From: Felis catus
Lineage: Eukaryota
Assembly: GCF_018350175.1 (NCBI RefSeq)
Contig: NC_058383.1
Span: 19,098,001-19,162,000, forward strand
Length of the DNA: 64,000 bases
Direction: 5' to 3'
The stretch's first letter is position 1. Each line of letters begins with the position of its first letter. The translations under genes and the position numbers were made by a program. The notes under the pieces are model-generated. The model had not been told where the DNA came from. It ran no database searches and saw only the letters and a program-made list of their open reading frames with translations. This document shows, piece by piece, positions 35,804-48,425 of this stretch.

Positions 35804-37014
35804 ACGGAGGGGCCTTTTCTATGGCTGGACTCTTCTTGGGTTGTATCGGACAGACGCCCGTTCCTTGGGCTCGAGTGGGTTTAGTGCCGCTCCCTGGAGT
35901 GGATCCTTCTTGTAAGTTCTATCTCTCCAACGTGATTAAAAGTGGGGCCTCTATAGGATAGTTACAGCACCCTGGGTGGAATCCTAGATCCACTACGTAT
36001 TATCTTTGTGCCTTGGAAGGGGTCAGGTACGTAACCTCGCTGGGCCTCAGCTTCTTCATCTGATAAATGGGGACAAAAACAGTAGCTCCTTTGTGTGGTT
36101 TCGAGAAGTAGGTAAGGAAGTGTGCCTCTGGAGACTGACGGCAGGGCGTGGCACATAGGAAGTGCTCAGTGAGTGTTTGCTTCTGTTATTTTCTGTCACC
36201 AGGCGCTGTGGGCTTCTCTGTCCTCCCTCACCTTCTGGATGGGAAGGCGGAGGACTCGGGTTCCAGCTTCGGCTCAGTATCCGACTCGTGACAGAACTCA
36301 GGCAACGCGTGAGCCCTCCCGGGGCCTCTGTTTCTGCATCTGGAAACCGGGGGGCAGTGGGCTCCACCTTCTTACGCCCCCTCCTCCATCCCTGGCTGCA
36401 TTTGGGTAATTCTGTGCGGAGGGCAGCGAGGGAACCCCGGGTCGAGACGACCGTGGGCCGGGATCGCCGTGTCAGCCGCCGTGTGCTTTTAAATGTCTCT
36501 TTCAGAACGTGATTTTGTCCTGTCAAAACAGGACAGCTCATGGATTCCTGGTGGTAAAAAAAAAAGGGGGGGGGGCAGTAATAACACCGAGGTATTAGGT
36601 AAATCAGCTTTGCTTTAACCAAATCCGACAGATGGGAAGCCATAAAAAAAATCACGATCTCCTTAATTTATCAAGCTCCCTTGAAAGATGATGATAATTG
36701 TGAATTGTGAACACTTAACGGAGTGCTTGCCATGCGCCAGTGTCTCACACGTGTGGTCCCGTCGGGTCCCCAACTATGTGGCAGGCAACCGGTAGCCGCC
36801 GTAACAAATAAACGCGGAGGGGCCTGTGGGTCAGCATAGTAGCAATTTCGTGTTTGCTCATGTAACATTTCAGTACCAGGGGTTCCCGTGGATGGCGGCT
36901 CTGCTCCACCCAGGGATGGGGGGACCAGGAAATCTTCCTATTGGGGCTCCAAGCTCCCCAGGATCTTGGAGCCTTTCATATCGGGGTGGCAGAGGAGAGA
37001 GAAGACACATCCGC

Positions 37015-37984
37015 TTTTTTTATTTTGTATTCTCAGGTTAGTTCACATCCCGTGTCGTCTTTGGCTCCGGGAGTAGAATTCAGTGCCCATCACCCACTTC
37101 CCCCGCCCCCGTCAACCCTCAGTTTGTTCTCTGTGTTTAAGAAGTCTCTTGTGGTTTGCCTCCCTCTCTGTTTTTATCTCATTTTTTCCTTCCCTTCCTC
37201 TACGATCATCTGTTAGGTTTCTCAGATTCCACAGATGCGCGAAATCATGTGAATATCTGTCTTTCTCTGGCGAATTTCGCTTAGCATAATACGCTCTAGT
37301 TCCGCCCGTGTTGTGGCAAAGGGCAAGATTTCATTCTTTTTGATTGCCGAGTAATACTCCATTGCATATACAAACCACATCTTCTTAACCCATTCATCAG
37401 TTGATGGACATTTGGGCTCTTTCCATACGTTGGCCGTTGTCGATAGTGCTGCTGTGAACATTGGGGTGCATGCGCCCCTTTGAATCAGCATTTCTGTATC
37501 CTTTGGATAAATTTCTAATAGCGCAATTGCCGGGTCGTAGGGTAGTTCTGTTTCTAATTTTCTGAGGAGGCTCCACGCTGTTTTTCAGAGCGGCTGCACC
37601 AGTTTGCATTCCCACCAACAGTGCAGGAGGGTTCCCGTTTCTCCACATCCTCGCCAGCATCTGTTGTTCCCGGAGTTGTTCATTTTAGCCACTCTGACCG
37701 GTGTGAGGTGGTGTCTCAGTGGGGTTTTGATTTCTATTTCCCTGATGATGAGCGAGCTTGAGCATCTTTTCGTGTGTCTGTTGGCCCTCTGGATATCTTC
37801 TTTGGAGAAGCGTCTATTCATGTCTTCTGCCCATTTCTTCACTGGATTCTTTGTGTTTCGGGTGTGGGGTTTGGGAAGTTCTCTATAGATTTTGGATACT
37901 AACCCTTTATCCGATAGGCCATTTGCAACTATCTTCTCCCCTTCTGTCAGTTGCCTTTTCGTTTCGTTGATTGTTTCCTTTGCT
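37015..37984 (-). mobile_element. 5'-truncated carnivore LINE-1 (ORF2 C-terminus plus 3' UTR), non-functional
   Basis: Translates to ORF2p C-terminal Cys-rich region ([25 protein letters not shown] then stop; DEWVKKMWFVYAMEYYSAIKKNEILPFATT); T-rich tail at left; TSD present. Confidence 0.95.
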
Positions 37985-38000
37985 GAAGGCACATCCACTT

Positions 38001-38233
38001 TTTTTTTTTAATTTTTTAATGTTTACTCAGTTTTTTGAGAGACAGAGGCAGAGCGTGAGTGGGGGAGGGGCAGAGAGAGAGAGAGAGAGAGAGGGAGACA
38101 CAGAATCCGCAGCAGGCTCCGGGCTCCGAGCCGTCGGCACAGAGCCCGACGCGGGTTCTCGAACTTACGAGCCTCGAGATCATGACCTGAACTGAAGCCA
38201 GAAGCTTCACCGACCGAGCCACCCGGGCGCCCC
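38001..38233 (-). mobile_element. Can-SINE (SINEC_Fc-type)
   Basis: Head ends CGGGCGCCCC; TSD AGGCACA(T/G)CCACTT. Confidence 0.95.
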
Positions 38234-41200
38234 AGGCACAGCCACTTGTTAAAGCCCTCTCCAGGAAGGGCCACAGGCCTCTCACACTTTACAGGCAGAA
38301 CCAGTCACAAGGCCCCACCAGAATGCAGGGGGTGCTGGGAAGTATTGTGCCTGGCTGGGCAGCCACTTCCCAGCAGTCACCCCGCACTACGGAAGGAGGA
38401 GCACAACTTTTAGCGGATAAGCTAGCTGCTGCTGTCACACCTTATGTGGTCGCGGTGACAATCATACCCATTTTATGGATGAGGAAAGCAAGACCCAGGG
38501 AGTCTGGGTTGGGTCACGGATCCTTCATCTCAGGGTTCTGTGAACGCAGAGCTCTGACACGTAGCCACTGCGGTATTCATTGCAGATAAGCATTGAGGTT
38601 TTCTGGCCGTAGAACTCCATAGAACAATTTTTTTTCCCCTTCGGTTTGCCCACGGTGCCTGAAATGCCCGAGCAAGGCTCACGTCTGGAGGCCGCGGTAA
38701 AGAGGTCATGGTGCCAGGCGGGATTTTAGCCTCCGGTATTTTATCCACTTGGAGGAGTGATTATCCCCAGAAAGTTGACCCACAGTTTGGACTCCCGCCA
38801 GAAATCAAGGCACGGTACCATCTGTAAGAGATAAATAAATCAAAATATCATCAGCAGATAAGTGCGCACCATCTGCTGCCCTGTCAGTTGAACTGGCAGA
38901 GGCCTCTGGAGAATTCCAAGGAAGCGCTTGCCAAGACTCCGCTGCCACAGCCCGGAGAGCGAGAGAGAAGCTTCGCGCAGGATCTGCCGGCATTTTTCTT
39001 TATCCTCTGATTCCGGAGCTGAATTCCTTGAATCCAGCCAGCGAAGGTGGGTGAACTTTTGCCCTTGCCCAACGGTGAAAATGATTTCTCATCGGCCGCG
39101 GTTGCCGGGACCAGCTCTATCTCAGCCCTCCTCGCCAGCGGAAGGCGCCGACCGTAGAGGAAACTGCGCACGCGTCTCCACGAGGCCGGGCTCCATGGAG
39201 TCTGGGTCTCAGAACCAAACTCAGCACCAGCCACGTTTGGGTCCTGTTGGCTGGGCACCCGGGGACGCGCTCACTTCCTGGTGGCCGCTGATTTCTCCCT
39301 CCTCTTTGGAGGGCCTCTGGGAACCTCCCGTGCGGAAGGGTGGAGTTTTCTAGAATCTGCTTTTTCGGCTAAGAGGTGGTCGTGGCCAAATGGGGAGGCT
39401 CTGCCGAGCCGTCTCAGTTTGAATCCTGGCTCCACCCCTGGCTGTGTGAACTTAGACAAGATACTCAGGCTTCCCGGGCCTCAGTTTCTTCATCAGCGAA
39501 ACGGGGATGGTAGTTTGTACAGAACTCTGGGCCCGGCCCAGAGCCCGTGCACGGTTTATGTCAGCAGATACTTGCTGGCCGGCTTTGTGAGGCCAGTGTG
39601 ACTGCCCCTCTCTCGCCGGTCCCTCACCATGTCACCCAGGCTGATGCCTCTCCCTACCCCGCGCTCCACAGAAACCTCAGCACACCATCTGGTGGGGTAT
39701 GGAATTAAGTCACGATCCTCAGACCCAGGAACCGGGGACCCAGCCAAGGACGCTGGTCTCCCCAAGCGCCCATCTCACTTGCTGCCCGTTTTCCGCTGCC
39801 TGCCGGACCTGGACTCCCGCGTGTTCGTGCCAAGGGCAGCTTGGCCGACCCTCAGTGCCCCACGTACCTTCTGCCAGCCTCGGGCACCTGCTTCTGGCCA
39901 CGTCCCTGGATTCCGCCTGTGCCCTGCCAGCTTTCCTCCACCTGCTCAGGGTGAGGCTGCACCATCACAGCCCCCCTGCTCCTGGCTCGGGAAGGCTTCC
40001 CGGGTCTCCTTGGGAAGAGCGCAGTGTGTCTCCGACCGGCGATCCAGGGAGGGAATCAAAACTCAAAAATAGCTCTCATTTACAGAGCCAAGCACAGACC
40101 GGGTGTTTCGTGCACTCTCCTGTTTTGTTTTGCTTTTTGTGTTTGCAAGCCTAGAAGGCAGCTGCCTGAGGGCTTCCGTCCGGCAGGTGAGGAAGTTGAA
40201 GTCGCTCTCTGCGGTCACACGGCTAAGGAGAGGCAGAGGAGGGATTTGAACTCATGCCTCCCGAGCCCAGATACCTCCACTGGCCTGAAGAGCACCCCTT
40301 TGCAAGGAGGGAGGCCTGCAATCCGCGATGAATAACAGTGGGGGTGTGGATGGCCGCACACGAAGCTAGTCTTTCCCCGTTACCTCGTTTGGCCCTCAGA
40401 CAACCCCGTGAGGTGGGAAGGATCATCCCTTACTGGCAACCAACCCCCCCAAAAAAATAAATAAATAAAATCTATCATTCCCCCGCAGACCCACAGCAGG
40501 CAGATGTCAGGGCTGGGATTTGAACTCAGGTCTGCGTGAAGTCAGAGCCCAGGCTTTTTCGCCCTGCCGGCCTCCACCGCCACACGCCAGCTTTTCTCCC
40601 AAGTAGACGGGACCCGGAGGAGGGACCTCGGGTTGGATTCCTGGCAGCAGGTGCGAGTCGTGAGCCAGAGCAGAGGCAGCTGTGACCTGGCCGGTTGCGT
40701 CCGGGGTGGATTCCTGGAAGCGTCGTTTCTGCTGGGGACGTGTGCCAGGTGCTCCGGTTGGTGTGGGAGCGACGTGCCCGCTGACCTGTCTTTAGCTCAG
40801 CCGGGTCTCTGCAGGCACTGGGTCAGAGGCAGTCAGCAGTGAGGGCAGGTCGGGGCCTCTAGGGTTTTACGTCTCGTTCCCACGCTGCAGAAAGCCACCA
40901 GCCCCACAAGGTGATGTCACAGAGTCTAGGAAGGAATGACCTTTCCTGTGTCTTTTCTGAGCAAGGGAGCAAACCCTTCAAAAAGCCATTTAGACACAAC
41001 TTCTGGGATTTGTTTCAAGATAACCCCGTGTGGGGGCCGGGGCGGGGGGCGTGGGGCGCTGCCACAGGCGTAGAGAGACGAGACTGGCCGTGGAGTGACA
41101 GTTTCCAAGCTGCCGGGGGGCCATGGAGCTCCTTGCGCTAATCTCTCTGCTTCTGTAAAAGTTGGGACTCTCCCCCATAACGAAATCGTTAAAAAGGACA

Positions 41201-42532
41201 TTTCAGAGACACTGTTGATTTGCCCGAGCGCGAAAATCTCGTCTGGCAGTGGAACGTTCTGTTCTGGACAAGTCCGTCCCTTGCGTGGTGGAAAGAGCTT
41301 TGGAAAGACACACACACCTGAGCCCCGATCTTGATTCTGACGCTTCCTGGCTGTGTAACCGTGGGTAGGTTGCTTTTCCTCATCTGTAAAATGGGGGTGG
41401 GTACTGACCTCGTCCAGTTGTGATGCGTGGCAAGTTCTTAGCGTGGTGCTTACTCTGGGCTCTCCTGGATCTTGGGCAACATGACGCGCCCTAGCTTCCA
41501 CCTGCTGGTGGGGAGATCTGCCATTTACAGCCCCAGAAGGGACCGAACCAGAGGGGGCCCCTGCTGTGCCCGGGGTAGAGTGAGACGATATAACGGGAGA
41601 CACTGTGATAAAATGCTGGAAATTCAGAGCAGGGAGACATGTCCTTGGGATGGGGCAGGTGGTCGGTGAGCAAGGCAGGCTTCTTGGCTAGGGTGTAGGG
41701 TGGGCATTGAGCTGGATCCCCAAGGCTGGGGATGGCTCAGACATGGAGAAATGGAAGGAGACAAGATGTTGAGACGGAGAGGTGGGAAAAGGGAAGGATG
41801 TAAATCGGAGCCCTAGGGCACAAAGCAGCAGAAGAGGAGGACAGGGGACAGGAAGTGTGACAGGGTCACGTCCAAGTGACCCTCAGGTGTCCACGCCTCC
41901 TGCATCATGGTGCGTGCGACGCTGGGTATGGCGCCCCTCGATAGTGAAGACGCCTCCTTTCTGTTTGCCTCTTCCGTCTTCGCTTGGCCCCGAGACACTC
42001 CAGCGCTCAGTTTCCGGTCTCACCTTTGCCCTCCTGTAGGATTCTGCACACTGGAATCCCCCACTTGGGGTAATTCTTGCTAAAGGCAGCTTACGAAGTG
42101 CTTTTCATTTATTCGTGTATCCACAGTCGTATCTGGAGCACCTGTTACTGTCCCGGGCTTTGGGGACACAGCCGTGAGTGAGACGTGGTCACAGGAGCTT
42201 TGGATTGTTGCAGAGCGTTGCCTGAGCGTTATTCAGAAGAGCTAGGGAATGCCCTTCTTTCGTGCAGGGATTTTGAATGGCTGATGTATACGCTTTAGTA
42301 TAAGAACAGGAGACCCACAAGGGTGGGGGTTTATCTGTCGGTTCACTGCTGTGCCCCCAGTGCCTAGGACGGTGCCTGGCACGTAGGCGCCCAGTAATTG
42401 TTGGTTGAATACAATTGCGTGAATACAGAGCACTGATATTGGGAATCCAAGAGAAGAATGTTTTTAGGGCTCAAAACTAATTCAGACACCTCCCTCAATC
42501 ACTGCTTGATGTGATTTGGATTCCTAAGATTC

Positions 42533-42567
42533 AGAGAGAGAGAGAGAGGGAGAGAGAGAGAGAGAGT
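42533..42567. repeat. (GA)n microsatellite, imperfect
   Basis: Direct reading. Confidence 0.9.
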
Positions 42568-43004
42568 TAAGGAAGGGGGAGATGGAGAGAGTATTTTGCA
42601 TTAATGCATTATTTCAAGGCTTGGAGCCTCCAGCCTGGTCCAGAATATGGTCAAGCCCACCGTCCACATGTATCTGCACCTGAGTAGCACCCACAGCAGA
42701 AAAGTCCATCATACATCCCGTAGAGGACACAGACAGTAAACAAATGCATCCACAAGATCATTTCAGAGAGTGATTGTGGTGATCGTAGACGTCTGTCCTC
42801 TGACCCCTCTGTGCCGGGGGAGACTGCCCTGTGCGGACGGAATGGCCGGGACCCCCGCGCCCTCTGGGTTCTCCGTGGTTCTGGCCAGTGGGAGGTGCCG
42901 GTAGGAAATCCGAGGGTAGAAGGAGAGAAAGGTTGGGGTATGTCCCCCTCTCTCCTGCCTCGCTCTCTCCCTGTTGAAGTTTTGACTGTGGCTTTGCTCC
43001 TCTA

Positions 43005-43350
43005 AAGCGTGGCTCTCAGAACGCAGCTCCCAGGGGGCACCTGGCTGGCTCAGATGGTTGGGCGTCCGACTTTGGCTCAGGTCATGATCTCACAGTTCGT
43101 GAGTTCAAGCCCCGCCTTGGGCTCTGTGCTGACAGCTTGGGGCCTGGAGCCTGATTCCGATTCTGTGTCTCCCTCTCTCTCTGCCCCTCTGCCGCTTGTG
43201 CTCTGTCTCTCAAAAATAAATAAACGTTAAAAAACATTTCAATAAAAAAAAAAAAAAAAAAAAAAAAACAACCGCGGTTCCTAGACCAGCAGCATCAGCA
43301 GCGCCTGGGAACTTGTTAGAAATGCAGATTCTTGGGACCCTGCCCAGATG
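43005..43350. mobile_element. MER5A-like DNA transposon fragment interrupted by a SINE
   Basis: GACCAGCAGCATCAGCAGCGCCTGGGAACTTGTTAGAAATGCAGATTCTTGGG. Confidence 0.75.
43034..43270 (+). mobile_element. Can-SINE (SINEC_Fc-type) with long A tail
   Basis: GGGGCACCTGGCTGGCTCAG head, CT repeat, poly(A). Confidence 0.95.
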
Positions 43351-45087
43351 TTTGCTTCAGGGTGGCTGGGCTCCTAGTGCCAACTCCTCCTGGGCAGCTT
43401 CCTCTTCCGCAAGCTCCTTTTCCTTGCCTGCCCCTCTGAGCGGGGAAGTGAGGGCTCTCCACAGTTCTAGCCCCTCACCCCATCCGCATTTCTGCGAACA
43501 GTCCCTTCACTCAGCTGTCTTCAGTGAGCCTTCCAGGGAGCCGTCTGTTTCCTGCCAGAGCCCCGACTTGGTCCAGATGGCCAGGAGGTCACTGCTGACG
43601 GGGCACACCCTCTCTAGGTTACCTGCCGGCTTGCCTCAGTCACTGCCAGCCGTTGAGATCTCATGAGTTGGCCACCCTTGCGCTGGGGCTGGGTACCAAG
43701 TCTCACCTGTTGGCCACCTGCCTCAGGGCAAGGTGCAGCGATGAGGACACCATACAGGATGTTCCCTCTGGAGGCTGTGGTGGGTATGAACACACGTTCT
43801 TGCTTCGTACAAGCAGGGAATCTCCCATGACTTTCTTTCACTAGCCTAACGGGACTGAGTTTTTCCAGGGAGAGATTCAGACCCCACATAAACTGAGACT
43901 CCCCGCCAGCCCCTGGGGCATGGGAAGTTTTCAGAACTTTTGGGAGAAACTTCTAGTTTCTTCCTGCCCCTCTTCTCCCCATGGCCGATGGTTTCCTGGC
44001 CCCATGGGGGCTGTGGGATCTTCACTGGGGTGCAGATTTGGGTTAATCCTGTGACCCCGGACCTTGATTGATGTTCAGCTCTCCCAGATTGGTTTCCTGG
44101 AAGGTCCTGACATCTCCTTGGGGGGCCTTGGACGTTCTTCAACGCGTGGATCCCCCCAGTACTCTCCCCCTGCACAAATTCCTCCTTTCTGTCCCCTCTG
44201 TGAACTGGGGCAGCATTACCCTCCGGGTGGGCCTGTGGGAGCACAGTGGGTCTTCAGGGAACTCTCCTCCCTGGGGAGGAGAAACTCTCTTTCACCTTCT
44301 CGATTCTTAGTAGCTCACCGTGCGCCAAAGGGAACAGAATGGGAGGTAGTGGTTGGAGAAAGGGCTCTTCAAGGCGCAAAGATGAGGCAGTTACCAGACA
44401 ATGCCCATGAACTTGGGGGAAACAACGGACAATGCAGGGCCACACCCCGGACACGCCCTTTCGGATCCACCCTGTCACAGGCACTATAGACACAGTGGCT
44501 TTGGTGGTTTCCACTCTTTATTAGTCAGGAAACCGAGGCAGCAGGAGGTTGATGTTGAGTCACACAGTAAGTAAGTGATGGAGCCAGGCTGAACCCAGGC
44601 TGGTCTGGCTCTCAAGGCCCTGCTCTGAGCCCCACTCCTCGCCTCTACCCGCCACGATGGTGTCTGTGCATCCGTCTGGTCTCCTCTCCGTTAGACTGCA
44701 GAGGCCATGCCCCATGTGAGCTACGTGATGATGAAGGTCATGATGACAGCCACCGTTTCCTAAGCACCCACTCTGTTCTAGGCATCGTGTCTGACCTTTG
44801 TGCCCCTGTCAAGTCTTTACAACAGCCTTATAGGTGCTGTACCCATTAGACAGTCAAGGAAATCAAGGCCCAGAAAGACTGGGGACTCGTGTGGCGGGAC
44901 ACATCAGGGCCAGGATGTGAACCCAGCTCTGCTGATTCCAGAACCCAGACTCTTGGCCATTCTGCTATCCTGCCCTATCCCAAGCTGTTGCTTGAAGGAC
45001 CGTCCATTGCGATAGCACGGGCCGTCACTAAGATGGCTGACTATGGTTCTTCTAATGTTGAGAATAGATTTTGTTTTAATTGGAGTG

Positions 45088-45222
45088 TAAGTTTCAGCCG
45101 AGCTACATGTTGGAATCACCCAGGGAACTTTTAAAACCCCACTGAAGTTTAGGTCGCACACTGGTCAATTAAACCAGGGTCTCCGTGAGTGGGACTTGGG
45201 CTTCCCAGGGCTGAGAACCACT
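45088..45222. mobile_element. MER5-like fragment
   Basis: TTGGAATCACCCAGGGAACTTTTAAAA...GGGCTGAGAACCACT. Confidence 0.6.
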
Positions 45223-45999
45223 TAAATTGGATTACCTCTAGGATCCTTGCCAGCTTTCTTGTTCCACAGTTCACAGAAGATACACTGCCATCAGGTGGCA
45301 GTAACATGCCACAGCTCCGTGATCTAATTGACAAGCCTCAGTCTGAAGAGATGAAGTGTACTTATCTTTAGTTTTATACCCCAATTAAATCCCTTAGTTA
45401 AACGTATCAACTTACTGATAATTGGCAAAGATGTTTTAAAAGCTACTTCTAACAGCCTTAAGGCGATATGGTACAGTTTGATATCTTTCTCACAAATGGT
45501 TAGCTAATTTTTAGCATGGAGACCAAGGGTTTGGAGAAAAAACTTCCTTCCGTGTTTGGATTTCAGTTATTAGACTTGTTGACCATTGAAAGATCCAGTC
45601 TTCCTTATGTCATTACTATGATTTTTCCTTAACCTTCAGCATTGCCCTGCACAGGCAGTGTGGGCCAAGTTTGGCCATCTCTGCTCAAACATCTTCTGTT
45701 CAGTATTGTCCACGTAAGCAGAAATGGAAGTGTGAGAGCCATTGTATTTGGCCTCTGGTGGATTTTCCTGGTCTGCACTCGGGTATGTTCTCAGGGGATT
45801 CCTTTCAGGATCTGATGGCTCTGCACAGTGGGAATGGCTAGCTGCAGTAGGGAATTCTGACAGACTGAGTTGGACTAGAGAGCTAGAAAGACTTGAGGGC
45901 ATGGAGTTTGGAGTCTACCTGGTCCTGAGCAAATCACTGAAAACCCAGAGCCTTGGTTTGCTTGGGGCACTCTCAGGGTCACATCATTGCAGGTTATTC

Positions 46000-48375
46000 C
46001 AACAAACTAGGAATAGGAAGAGTATTCTCAGCTTGACAAAGATTATGAAAAACCTACAGCAAACATCATGCTTACTGGGACAAGAGTGAATGCTTTCCCC
46101 CTAAGATCAGGAACAAGACAAGGACATTTGCTTCTGCCACTTCTTTTCAACATTACACTGGAGGTTTTAGCCAGAGCAGTTAGGCAAGAAAAAGAAATAA
46201 AAGACATTGAGATTGGAAAAGACGAAGTCAAACTATTTGTATTTGTGGATGGCATGATCTTGTATAGAGTAAATCCTAAGAATCCACTAAAAACCATTAG
46301 AATTTATAAACATATTCGGCAAGATTGCAAGGTACAAGGTCGATACACAGAAATTAATCTTATTTTTATACGCTAGAAGGGAACAATCTGAAAATGAAAT
46401 TAAGAAAACAATTCCGTGTACAATAGCACCAAAAAGAATAAAATTCTTAGGAATAAATCTAACAAAAGAAGTGCAAAACTTATGTGCAACAAACTACAGA
46501 ACATTATGGAAAGAAATGAGAGGATATCTAAATAAATGGAAAGGCATCCCATTTTCATGGACTGGAAGACTTAACATTATTAAGGTGGCAATATTCCCCA
46601 AATTGATCTACAGATTCAGTGCAACCCATGTTAAAGTTTCAACTGGCTCTTTTCTCAGAAATTGACAAGTTGATTCTAAAATTCACATGGAAATGCAAGA
46701 GGTTCAGAATAGCCAAAATCATCTTAAAAATGAAAAGCAAAGTTGGAGGGCTCACTCCATTTCAAAACTTACTATAAAGCTACAGTAATCAAAAACAGTG
46801 TGGTACCAGGAAGAAGGATAGACATATAGATCGATGGAATAGAATTGAGAGAACAAAATAAACCCTTCCATTCATGGCCAGTTAATTTTTGACAAGAGTG
46901 TTGAGACAGTCCAATGGGGAAAGAATAGCCTTTCAAATGGGGCCGGGACAATAGGACGTCCACATAGAAAAGAATGGAGTCAGACACCTTTGTGTACCGT
47001 ACGCATAAGTCAATGTCCAATAGATGACCTCAAGGTAATGGTTAAAGGGATACAACTCTTGGAAGAGAGAAGAAGAGTAAACCTTCATGGTGTTGGGCTA
47101 GGCAAAGCCTTCTGAGATATGACACAAAAGCACAAGCAACAAAAGATATATTGGACTTCATCAACATCAAAAGGCACCGTCGAGAAAGTAGAAAGATTGT
47201 TTGCTGAGTGGGACCAAATGTTTGCAGTCAGATATCTGACGAGGTACTTGTATGTGGAATATATAAAGAACTCTTACAACTCAATAAAATGACAAAATAA
47301 TCCAGTTAAAATGGGCAAAGGATCTGAATAAACATTTCTCTGAAGATGAAATGAAAATGGCCAATAAGCACGTGGAAAGATGCTCAACATCACTAGTTCT
47401 TAGGGACGTGCAAATCAAAACCACAAGGAGATACTACTTTCCACCTGCAAGGATGCCTATAATAATAATAATAATAAAAATGACACAATAACAAGTGTTG
47501 ACGAAGATGTGGAGAAATTGGAACATTGCTCGTACATTGCTAGTAGGACCGTAAAATGTTGCTCCTCCTTTGGAAAACAGTCTAGTGGTTCCCCCAAAGG
47601 TTAAAGATAGAGTTACCAGGATTTCCACCCCTACGTATATACCTAAGAGAAACGAAAACTTGCCCACACAAAATCTTGTCCATCAATGTTCATCCATAGC
47701 CAAAAAGCGGACACAAACCCAAAGCCCGATAACCAATGAGTGCATAAATACGATGTGTTATAGCCACACCATGGGATATTATTCAACCACAAAAAAGGAA
47801 CAAAGTAGTGATACACGCTACAACGTGGATGAACTTTGAAGACATCACGCGTTGGAAACAGTGAAGGAAGCCAGATACAAAAGGCCACATATTGTATGAT
47901 TCCATTTATGCGAAATGTCCAGAAGAGGCAAATCTATAGAGAAGGAAAATACATCAGTGGTTGCCCTGTGCCAGGAGGATTGGGGGAAAGGGGGATTGCT
48001 TGGTAATAGGTAATGGCGTTTTTTGGGGGGGGGTGATGAATATGTCCTAAAGTTGATTGTGGTGATGGTCACACAATCTTGCGAATATAGTAGGAATACA
48101 CTAAAAACCTTTATTTTTTATTTATTAATTTTTTTTTAATGTTTATTTACTTTTGAGAGAGGGAGACAGAGGCATGAGCAGGGGAGGGGCAGAGAGAGAG
48201 GGAGACACAGAATCCGAAGCAGGCTTCAGGCTCCGAGCTCTCAGCATAGAGCCCGACATGGGGCTCGAACTCACGAGCCATGAGATCATGACCTGAGCTG
48301 AAGTCGGAGGTTTAACCGACTGAGCCACCCGGGCGCCCCTAAAAACCTTTAAACTGTTACTTTAAACTGGTGAAC
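46000..48375 (+). mobile_element. Ancient L1M (L1MB-like) LINE-1: decayed ORF2 RT to C-terminus plus 3' UTR
   Basis: [57 protein letters not shown] (RT region, catalytic FADD degenerate); NKWKGIPFSWTGRLNIIK; many stops and frameshifts; 3' UTR ATTGTATGATTCCATTTAT. Confidence 0.93.
48114..48339 (-). mobile_element. Can-SINE (SINEC_Fc-type) inside L1M 3' UTR
   Basis: Perfect TSD TAAAAACCTTTA at 48102 and 48340. Confidence 0.97.
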
Positions 48376-48376
48376 T

Positions 48377-48425
48377 GGGGTGCCTGGGTGGCTCAGTCGG
48401 TCAAGCAGCCAACTCTTGGTTTTGG
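48377..48425 (+). mobile_element. Can-SINE 5' head remnant
   Basis: GGGGTGCCTGGGTGGCTCAGTCGGTCAAGCAGCCAACTCTTGGTTTTGG then abrupt stop. Confidence 0.85.

Larger units (their letters stand above)
36830..38430 (-). mobile_element. Old MLT1-family LTR split by an L1 and a SINE
   Basis: GCTCTGCTCCAC...CCAGG left part; GGCAGAACCAGTCACAAGGCCCCACC...GCTGGGAAGT...GGGCAGCCACTTCCCAGC right part. Confidence 0.65.

Noticed and set aside
46068..46665. Reverse-transcriptase-like ORFs as an active RT system
   Set aside because: Fragmented ancient LINE-1 ORF2 with stops, frameshifts and a degenerate catalytic motif (FVDG instead of FADD)
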